Shown here: piece by piece, positions 10,932-19,455 of the stretch
How the letters are laid out: the number at the start of each line of letters is the position of its first letter
Position numbering within the stretch: the stretch's first letter is position 1
Assembly (NCBI GenBank): GCA_013416795.1
Contig: RQSC01000020.1
Span: 41,857 to 77,593 of the forward strand
Length of the DNA stretch: 35,737 bases
Reading direction: 5' to 3'
Origin: Prasinococcaceae sp. CCMP 1430
Lineage: Eukaryota; Plantae; Prasinodermophyta
Translations under genes and position numbers: made by a program
Notes under the pieces: model-generated
What the model was told of the DNA's origin: nothing
Seen by the model: only the letters and a program-made list of their open reading frames with translations
Database searches by the model: none

Positions 10932-11586
10932 CGCGCCCCGCGCCGCTGCCGGTGGGGCAGGCAGACGCGGTCGCAGAGGGGGCAAGGGGGGTGGTGGGGG
11001 AGAGGGGGGGGAGGTGCTGCGCTCCCCCGGCGGCGCGGGCGACGCCGCTGCGCCAAAGCGCGCCAGCGCGGTCCCCCCGAGCGCATGCGCAAAACGCATT
11101 CGTTTTGATGGGACGCGCCTCCGTTCCCCGATCGCCGCGCGCGGCGCCTCCTGCGCCTCCGCCAACCGTCTGCGCGATTCTTTCAGACCGGGTGATTCCG
11201 TGGAAACCTTTGTCTTAGCGTTTTGCCGCGTTTTGCCGCGTCAAACAGAATGTAGAAAATGCGTAATGTCGCTTTCAACGGCATAATTCCGCCATTCCAG
11301 ATATTTTTTGCCTTCGTGGCAACAACGGCATCTACCGGTACAAAGCTTCCGACAGTTTAATCACACTCTGATGGCTGCGCGATGGTGCGGAGGAACGCGG
11401 AGGTGTCGAGGTGAGCGCGAGCAGCGTGCCATGCATCAATCGGCATCGTGCACTCTCAAGGCCTCTCACGCACGCGCCATGGTGACACGCGTGCGCGCGA
11501 GGGGGGGGATGGGAAGGGGCGGGGTGAAGAGGGGTGAAGAGGGGCAGGGCAGCTGAGGTGGGCGAGCGGAAATAAAATACGCGCTG

Positions 11587-12915
11587 TTACGCTGCGGGGA
11601 GCAGAGCGTCCACAACGCATTGGAGGTGGGCTGTGCGCTCCTCGCACACGTCCACAGTGTGCGGGGCAGCGCTAGCGCTGGATCCTGCGCAATCCGTCGC
11701 GCACGCGTCCTGAGCTAAGAAGTCGGATGGGAGGTCAAAGATGTCCGCCGCGCCGTGGTCGACCGCCGGGATTCCGTCCCTGTCGGTGGCGACCGAGTCT
11801 GCACTGACAATCACCGTGCCGGAGGGTGAAAGGGTAACGGCGCGCCCGAACTGGTCGCCGAGAGGCTCGCTCGGAGGTGGCTCGAGGGTGGCGACTTGTG
11901 TCCACACTTCGCAGCTGCGTCGGAACACGTATGCCGCTCCGGTCGATGTAGGCGATACAGACGCTCCGTTCGATATGGGCGCCCGCAGTTCCTTGACGGA
12001 TCCCGGGATCCGATCACCGCGACGTTATCGATAATGGAGGCGCTGGTCCCGAAGGTCTCGTTTGCGGCTGCCCCGCCGACGGGACTGAGCGTGGCCTGCT
12101 CGAACCAGACCACATCGGCGCGCTGGTAGATATGCGCGAGGCCCTCGTTTGCGGAGCCGACCACTGCCGTGTCTCCGGAGATGGTGAGCGCCTCCCAGCC
12201 GGCAAACTTGTTTCCCGCGTTGCCGTACGAGTGCACTAGCTTCGCCTGCTGACGCCACTGTGCGGCGCCGTTCGGCAGATACTCGCAAACGAAGACATGC
12301 GCCGCGCCACGATCGCCCTGGTTGCCCTGGGCTGCCACTATTGCCGTGTCGCCATTGATGGCCGTGCGACTGCCCAACTGATCGCCGACGACGGGCTCGT
12401 TGGGTGTCAAGACTGCCTCCTCCACCCAGTTTCCGCCGTCGTCACGCACACAGACGAACGCGAGGCCGCAGCCAAGGCCAAGTGCCTTCCGGTCGGGATC
12501 GTTGTAGTCATGGGCCCAGTCGGCGTAGGCATCGTAGAACATGTCGTGTACCTCCTGATCGAACTGCACGCCCTCGCACGGCTGGTTCCAGCCGCCGATG
12601 ACGGCAGTCTCGTCAATTACAGCCACACCGCCGCCGGCGAAGAAGGCGTAGGGCTCGATCCCCTCGGGCTGCAGCTTCGCGGTCTTGACAGACGCAGTGG
12701 CACGTGCCACGTTCGTGCGCCCCCCCGGCACAGACGCTCACACACACACTGTATCGATACACACGCACACCTGCAGACGTATCTGCTCCCGCCTGCACGC
12801 AGCACCAACCAGCAAATACTTTTCGGATTCTGTTGGCAAATCCGCGGTCTGGGCTGGGAAATAGTGTCTGGCGACACGTCTTGTGCTGGCTCCTGGCACG
12901 ATGGGATCATATCGT
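11587..12915 (-). CDS. FG-GAP-repeat (beta-propeller) protein exons; intron 12684-12770; one frameshift at ~11960-12030; no in-frame ATG in the upstream exon
   Basis: About five repeats of Q-A-[KT]-L...F/L-G/A...D-T-A-V/I-V...G-A-A-[HY]-V-F (e.g. GDQLGSRTAINGDTAIVAA...GAAHVF; GDQFGRAVTL...GAADIF). The splice CTGCAG|GTGTGC...GTCAAG|ACC restores RLQ-TAKL. The frame switches after VAVIGS. May be a pseudogene or a sequence error. Confidence 0.7.
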
Positions 12916-13401
12916 CTGCTGCAGGCCAGCGTCGTGCGACAGGTGCCACGTGAGCGCGGTGCGCAGGCTCGTGCCGGGCACGCATCGGCCGCCCCGCGCC
13001 CGCGTGGCGCTCGCGCGGCCGGCCGGCGCACCGCCTCCCCCCCCCCCAGCCAGCATAAATGCATGCAGAAAGGGGCCCCACTGATGCTGCGGGCGTAGGG
13101 ATGCGCGCGCAGGCGTGGGCGCGTTCGCGCGCGCGAGGGGGGGGGGGGGCGCACGCGCGCGCGCGCGCTTGCATGCATGTGCGCTTGGCTGGGACCGGAA
13201 CGCGCCGGCCAGCGCAGCGGCCGCCGGCGCAACGGCGTAGGTCAAAAACATTCCAATTTGAAGCTACGCGTACGCGGCGAGCGATGCTGAGTACTGTAGG
13301 CGCGGCGCCTACTAAGGCGCCGCTCTTGCGCTCGGCCATCTTGATGTCCTTGCAGGCCATCTGTCTTCTATTTGTGTAGCGAGGAGCGAGCGATGCGATG
13401 C

Positions 13402-14247
13402 TCACTTAGGCACGCAAGCCTTCTTCTTCCACTTGCACGCGGTGCCCTTGACCTTCTTGCACTTCTTCTTGTTCCTCGCCTTCGAACACGCCTTCTTGGC
13501 CTTCTTCTTGCTGAGCTTCTTCTTCTTGTTCTTCTTCTTCTTGCTCTTCTTCTTGTCTTTCTTGGGCATCTCCTCACCCTCCGTGGGGGTCGTCTCATCG
13601 ACCTGCGCGGCGATCGCCTCGTCCTTCGCGGGGGTCGCCTCGTAGTCCTCGACCACCGCGGGGGCCGCGGGGGTCGCCTCGTAGTCATCCACCGCGGAGG
13701 CGGAGGACATCTCCTCGTCCTCGCACGCGCAAGTGCCTGGCCCCAACAGCGAGTTGCAGCTCTCGGGGCACGCGTCGCATAGCGTCCCATACGTGCCCGC
13801 CGCAACACTCTGGACGAGATCGTTGCTCGCCAGCTCTTCGGTGCAGCTGACGCCGTATTGAACGGCGAGACTGGCCTGTGCGCGGGCGTCAAGTGAAGAG
13901 CGTGTAAGAGCGCGCGCGCGCGCGCGCGCGCGTGTGTATGTGTTTAAGGCGGGGTGGAGGGTGGGGGGGATGGAGACCGAGCGTGTGAGACAGAGCGTGT
14001 GATATAGTCAGGGCGCGCGCACACGCCCGACACGCTCGAATGCTCTCGTTCCCGCCCTCGAGGTCGGAAGGGCACCCACTGGCGCGCTCCGTACCGCGGT
14101 GCACCCGTCTGGCGCCAACACTGTCAGGGGCTGGATACCTGCGGGGAACTGGTCGAGAGTCTTGTCCGCGCAGTCGGCAGCCACGCCGCGTGCGCCCGTG
14201 GCTGCGACGGCCGCGCAAATCAGCGCGAACAACGAAGTGCGCGCCAT
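13402..14247 (-). CDS. Secreted protein (~208 aa): signal peptide, Cys-rich domain, acidic linker with DYEATPA x2, poly-Lys/Cys C-terminal module; exons 14247-14095 and 13875-13402
   Basis: MARTSLFALICAAVAATGARGVAA reads as a signal peptide. Intron GCG|GTACGG(14094)...TTGAC...CACAG(13876)|GCC, phase 0, joins directly into the track ORF 13402-13746. Confidence 0.8.
13911..13932. repeat. (CG)11 alternating purine-pyrimidine tract within an intron
   Basis: Read directly from the sequence. Confidence 0.95.
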
Positions 14248-14258
14248 TTGAGCTGGTG

Positions 14259-14293
14259 GTGTGTGTGTGTGTGTGTGTGTGCGTGTATGTGTG
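14259..14293. repeat. (GT)11 microsatellite plus degenerate tail, just 5' of the secreted-protein ATG
   Basis: Read directly from the sequence. Confidence 0.95.
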
Positions 14294-14617
14294 ACTGGGG
14301 TCAAGGAAGGGGGGGGCGAGGGCGTCCGGACGCAGCGGCGCGCGCGCGCGCACTCTGCCACGCCGCCGCCGCGCCGCACGCCTGCGCCCGGCGCATGCCT
14401 GCACGCAGCAGCGTCGCCCGTCGCGCCCTTCCCCCCCCAACCGCCGCGCGCGGCGGCGAACGCAACGAAACGCGGCGTCGGGGAACTGCGCCGAGGTGGA
14501 ATGCTTCTATTTGATTGCATGTTCCTGACGTGCGAATACAGTAACGTCCCTGACGTGAGAATAACGGAGACGCCCTGGGTGATTCGGTCGGGGAGGGCAG
14601 CCGTGTTACGGTTTGCG

Positions 14618-14653
14618 TCAGGGTTGGAAGGGGGCGCCCCCTTCCAACCCTGA
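14618..14653. repeat. Perfect 36-bp palindrome without spacer: TCAGGGTTGGAAGGGGGC|GCCCCCTTCCAACCCTGA
   Basis: Base-by-base check; the track shows the peptide GWKGAPPSNP on both strands here. Confidence 0.97.
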
Positions 14654-15490
14654 ACGAGCTTGGTATCAAAATGCACGCGCGAGCGGCGTGCTCGCAGTGC
14701 CACACTGCGCGCGCCGCCCTCCCGGCAGGCTGCCCTCCTGCCCTTGCCCTCCCCCCCGTCCGTCTCTCTCCCCCCACTCGCGACGCGTGTGGCATCGCAG
14801 CAGCGCGTCGCGCCACCGCGGCTGCTTGCGCCCCCGCACTGCTCCACACGCGCGAACGCACAAACATCCCGCCCGAAACAGAGGGGGAGGACCCGCAGCA
14901 GGCCGAACCCAACTCGAACCATCCAACAGACAGAGGCCCGAATCCGAAAACCGACCGAAGCAGCCACAGGTCGGCATCGCGCGCGCCTCCCGCAGCGGTG
15001 CAAATCACCGCACGTGGTGATTCTGCACATCCAACAGCCTCAGATCTATCGCCCATGGGTATGTGCTGTGGTCATCTGAAGCAATGTCGTCACATACGAC
15101 GCCGACCCTCCGACCCGCCGCCTGGGTGGGCTGGGCTGCCTGAGCCTGCCTCTCTCGAGCTCGCCTCGCGGGTCGGTTGGGGATGCATCCCCAGCCCCGC
15201 GCGCGTCGTGGCCGGCCGGCCAGGGGCTGCTTGCTTGGCGCGTCGTCGCATCGGTCGGGCGAGCGGGCCGGGGCGCGGCAGTGAGCGCCGCGCCGCGTCC
15301 CCGACACCTCGCGGGCCCCTGCTACTGCCCCTCTCGCCCAGAACGCAGCACGCTAGCTCCATCGATTGGCCGGCGGGGGCCAGCCAGCCAGCCAGCCAGC
15401 GCAGCAGCAGCGCGCTCAGGCGGGGACACGGACGGGAAAATTACTGCACCAGCGCTGCACTAGGAGGACGCAGCCCATCAGCTATTACGT

Positions 15491-17099
15491 CTAGGCGATG
15501 GCCATGTCGGGCGTGATGATGGAGTCGACGTACTCGCGCGCCCACTGGTCGGTGTGCACGATGTCGTCGAGCGAGGGGTCGAGGACGATCTCGTCCCTGT
15601 GCGCCTCGCACGCGCGCTCGACCATCTCGAAGATCTGGAAGTAGCCCATCTTCTTGTCGAGGAACGCCGCCACGGCCGCCTCGTTGGCTGCGGAGAAGAC
15701 GCCCGTCATCGTGCCGCCCGCACGGCCGGCGGCGTAGCCCATGGTGAGCGAGGGGTACTTCTCGGTGTCCGGCTCCTTGAAGGTCAGGTCACCCATCTTG
15801 AGGAAGTCAAGCCTCGGCCAGGTCTCCTCCGACGTCATCACGCGCTCGGGCCACGACAGCGTGTACAGGATGGGCAGGCGCATGTCGGGCCAGCCCAGCT
15901 GCGCGAGCACACTCGAGTCGGCCGTCTCCACCATCGAGTGGATGATCGACTGCGGGTGGATGACCACATCGATGTTGTCGTACGACGTGCCGTACAGGTA
16001 GTGCGCCTCAATGACCTCGAGCGACTTGTTCATCAGCGTCGCCGAGTCGCACGTGATCTTCTGGCCCATGTCCCAGTTCGGGTGCGTGGTCGCCTTAGCG
16101 TGCAGCGCGAGCGGGTCGTTGGCGGCCATCTCGCGCATCTGCTCCAGCTCGAAGTCGCGGAAGGCGCCGCCCGAGGCCGTGAGGATAATCCGGCGCAGGC
16201 CGCCCTCGGGCATGCCCTGGATGCACTGGAAGAGCGCGGAGTGCTCGCTGTCGGCGGGCAGGATCTTGACGCCGTGCTTCTGGATGAGCGGCACGATGTG
16301 GGGGCCGCCAGCGATCAGCGTCTCCTTGTTCGCCAGCGCGATGTCCTTGCCAGCCTTGATGGCCTCGACCGTGGGCTGCAGGCCCGCGCAGCCGACGATG
16401 CCGGTGACGACGGTGCTGCACTCCGAGTGGCGCGCGACCTCGATGGCGCCCTCGTCGCCCCACATGATCTCGGGCGCGTCCGAGCCCATGTCACCCAGCT
16501 CGCGCTTGAAGTCCTCCACGAGGTCCGCCGAGCCCACGCTCACGAGCCTCGGCTTGAAGGCGCGCGTCTGCTCGGCGAGGAGCGCGACGTTGCGGCCGGC
16601 GCTGAGCGCGCTCACCTCGAACTGCGAGCGCGCGCGCGAAGGGGCGCGTCAGATTAGATACCGAGCGCGCGACGCACGCCGGGCGGGGGTGGACAGGGGA
16701 CGCGCGCGAGGTGGGGCGCCGGCCACCGCGCACGCTCATGGGCCGCTGAACGCAGGCCGGCACGGGCTTGGCCAGGCCGGCACTGGCAGGGGAGCGCGCG
16801 CTGCGGCGGTTCGGAGCGAGCAGCGGCGCGCGTGGGGGTTGCCGAGCGCACCCCTCGGCGGCTGGGCCGGCACGCACCTTGTCCGGGTGCTCAGCGCAGA
16901 TGTCGAGCGTCTGCGTGCCGATGGACCCCGTGGACCCCAGCAGCGAGATGGTCTTCTTGTAGCCGTCCTGCCCCAGCCTCTGCTCGAGCTTCTCGGGCAC
17001 CGGGCATCGCTCGGGCCACGCCGCGCCGTACCGCGCCTCGTTGTTCTTGGCGTCCGCCGCCGCGACGTCCGTCGCGGCCGCCGCGCCGCGCACGGCCGC
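15491..17099 (-). CDS. DXR: 1-deoxy-D-xylulose-5-phosphate reductoisomerase; exons <17099-16878 and 16621-15491; start lies in the N gap
   Basis: [13 protein letters not shown] (NADPH binding), [33 protein letters not shown]. Intron AAG|GTGCGT(16877)...CTGAC...CGCAG(16622)|TTC. Confidence 0.96.
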
Positions 17100-17483
17100 N
17101 NNNNNNNNNNNNNNNNNNNNNNNNNNNNNNNNNNNNNNNNNNNNNNNNNNNNNNNNNNNNNNNNNNNNNNNNNNNNNNNNNNNNNNNNNNNNNNNNNNNN
17201 NNNNNNNNNNNNNNNNNNNNNNNNNNNNNNNNNNNNNNNNNNNNNNNNNNNNNNNNNNNNNNNNNNNNNNNNNNNNNNNNNNNNNNNNNNNNNNNNNNNN
17301 NNNNNNNNNNNNNNNNNNNNNNNNNNNNNNNNNNNNNNNNNNNNNNNNNNNNNNNNNNNNNNNNNNNNNNNNNNNNNNNNNNNNNNNNNNNNNNNNNNNN
17401 NNNNNNNNNNNNNNNNNNNNNNNNNNNNNNNNNNNNNNNNNNNNNNNNNNNNNNNNNNNNNNNNNNNNNNNNNNNNNNNNNNN
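17100..17483. other. Assembly gap (384 N)
   Basis: Run of N; it hides the DXR start and the DXR/TatB divergent promoter. Confidence 1.
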
Positions 17484-17595
17484 GAGCTCGCGTGCTCCGC
17501 CCGCCCGGGGGGCGCGTGGGTGCGCGGGCCCGGTGCGCCCCCCGTGAAGCGCCTCTGCACCCGCCGGGCACGCCAGGGATCGGCTGGCACTGGCG

Positions 17596-18327
17596 ATGGT
17601 GCGCCCGAGCAAGGCGGCGGGCGTGGGGATCCTCGAAACGGGCGTGTTCCTCGCGGTGCTGGCGTACTCGTACGGCCCCAAGGACATGGTCGCCGCCGGC
17701 CGTGGGGCCGGCCGCATGCTCGGCCGCGCGGTGCGGACCACCGCGGCCGCGCGATCCGCGGCCGCGGCAGCGCTCGAGCGCTCGCCGGGCTTCGGCGAGG
17801 CCAGCAGGGAGCTGCGCGAGGGCCTCAGGGAGATCAGCAGGGTGAACGCCGAGGTGCGCGGCGGGCTCAGCATCTTTCCCACTCAGGTTGCGTCGACGCG
17901 CGTCGACCCTGTAGCACGAGCCACCGCGGGCGGCCGCGGCGCGCAGCAGCGCGTCCGGGTGCAGGCGCAGGAGCCCGCGAAGGCGCAGGCGCAGGGGAAC
18001 CTCCGCAAGGAGGTGCGCAGCAGCGCTCGTGGAGGTGCTTCGCCACTGCCTGCGGCGGCGGCAGCCGCCGCCACGTGGCCGCTACCGGCACCCGCCGGCG
18101 GAGGCGCCGGCGACTCCACCGCCGCCGCCGACCCGGCCGCGGTCGACGGTCTCGACCTCGTCGCGCAGCTCCGCGCGGCGCGGCGCGGCACGCTGGACGC
18201 AGCCTCGGCATCCCTACGCACAGAACGCCGCGCGGGCGGTGCCGACCTCCTCCTCGAGGCCGTGGAGGAGGCGCGACTACGCACAGACGCCGAGGGCATG
18301 CTCGGCGCCACCAGGCGCAAGCTGTAA
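17596..18327 (+). CDS. TatB: Twin-arginine translocase TatB-like protein, plant mitochondrial type
   Basis: N-terminal hydrophobic helix, then YGPKDMVAAGRGAGRMLGRAV (TatB G-P-x-D/R-L hinge plus amphipathic helix). C-terminal RAGGADLLLEAVEEA resembles the RGSDIMLEAVLEAE motif I recall from plant mtTatB. No chloroplast-type transit peptide. Confidence 0.72.
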   Translation: MVRPSKAAGVGILETGVFLAVLAYSYGPKDMVAAGRGAGRMLGRAVRTTAAARSAAAAALERSPGFGEASRELREGLREISRVNAEVRGGLSIFPTQVASTRVDPVARATAGGRGAQQRVRVQAQEPAKAQAQGNLRKEVRSSARGGASPLPAAAAAAATWPLPAPAGGGAGDSTAAADPAAVDGLDLVAQLRAARRGTLDAASASLRTERRAGGADLLLEAVEEARLRTDAEGMLGATRRKL

Positions 18328-18541
18328 GTTTTAACAAATGTAAAGTACCGGTCGCCTCGAGGAACGAGCTTAAAATATGCGGAAAGGTGGCATTATGCAG
18401 TCTGCGTTTCGTTTTCCGTTTTCAGGCGGATCAAACCACTCGCAGAAAATAATGAGACAGGCCAAAAAAAATGCTGCAGCGGCAGGCGCGGGCGCGCCAC
18501 AGCGTGCGCCACAGACCCCCCCCCCCCCCCTTGGCGCCGCC

Positions 18542-19087
18542 ATGGCCGCCCGCAGCGCGCTCGCGCAGCTCTCCAAGTCACTCTTTGCCGCCGCCGCGGG
18601 CGCCGCGGAGGCGCGCGCCGAGCAGCCCCCACTCCTACTTCTGCACCACCCACCAAGGGGTGGCGCTGGCGCCGCGGCGCGCTGCGCCCGGCACCCCGCC
18701 AACGCCGAACCCTAAGTGTGCGAATGCTTTGGGGCCGGCGCCGCTCGTGGCCTGCGCGTGCGGCAAGCCGCGATGCCGGCGCGGCGCAGTGGCGAGCGGA
18801 TGCTAGGGCGGTGCATAACGGGCGAGGCGCGCGGCGTGTGGGCTTTTTGGGGCGCTCCTTCTGCGCATGCCGCACGGGCCATGTGCTATACCCAGCGCCT
18901 GCGTGCCCGGACGCGCGCTGACGCTATATGCACGCGCGGCGTGGGTATCCTCTGGTTGCCACATGGGCAGCTTACGATGGCGCTGGAGGAGGAGTTCGGC
19001 CTGGAGATTCCGGACGCCGAGGCTGATAAGATCGCGTCGCTGCCGGACGCGATCAACTACCTGGCGTCGCACCCCGCCGCCAAGTAA
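18542..19087 (+). CDS. ACP: Acyl carrier protein, mitochondrial type, apparently incomplete: presequence-like start at 18542 and last exon 18971-19087; DSL-motif exon not found
   Basis: Last exon LTMALEEEFGLEIPDAEADKIASLPDAINYLASHPAAK follows CTGAC...GGGCAG. MAARSALAQLSKSLFAAA reads as a mitochondrial presequence. Confidence 0.75.
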
Positions 19088-19455
19088 TCGGTGCCCACCC
19101 GGCAGGAGGCGCGGCTGCAGTCTTGAGGCCGTGCGGGGGGTGACCCCCGCCCCCGGCGCTTGGTCGGCACATTGCCACACTCGCCGCTTCGAGCAGCGCC
19201 GCCACCGCTGAAAGCACACAAAGTTTTGCGACAGCAGCACACAGGCGCCGCGGCGCGCGACCGACCGGCGCGGATTGAGCGAGGGCAAAGCTGTGGCGAG
19301 GGCCGCCGTGCGCTGCTGCGTCTGCGTGGGCGTGGCCGTGCTTGGACCTGACATTAGAATGGGTGCCGCGCGATCGCGCCGCGTGCCGCGCACCTTCAGA
19401 GATCGTCTCTGAGGCGCCTCTGATGCCGCGCGTCCTCAGAGGTCGCCACGCTTCC

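Noticed and set aside
10976-11012. G-run tracts as G-quadruplex elements (also 13137-13149, ~32985-33000)
   Set aside because: Homopolymer G/C runs are common throughout this DNA; nothing specific distinguishes these.
9677-11218. 513-aa plus-strand ORF
   Set aside because: Crosses a T-rich 3' region, the antisense of the small gene and G-rich upstream DNA; no coherent composition.
12697-12761. Short palindromes in the FG-GAP intron (14 bp and 12 bp) and the 16-bp one at 15178
   Set aside because: Lengths are expected by chance in 36 kb at this GC content (rough estimate).
14646-14655. AACCCTGAAC as a possible telomerase-RNA template (TTCAGGG repeat)
   Set aside because: It is buried in the palindrome arm, does not match the TTAGGG/TTTAGGG-like words seen elsewhere, and no snRNA-type promoter was recognised.
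14671-15516. 281-aa plus-strand ORF downstream of the palindrome
   Set aside because: No codon bias or domain; it crosses C-rich tracts and ends inside the DXR stop region. Not excluded as a transcript.
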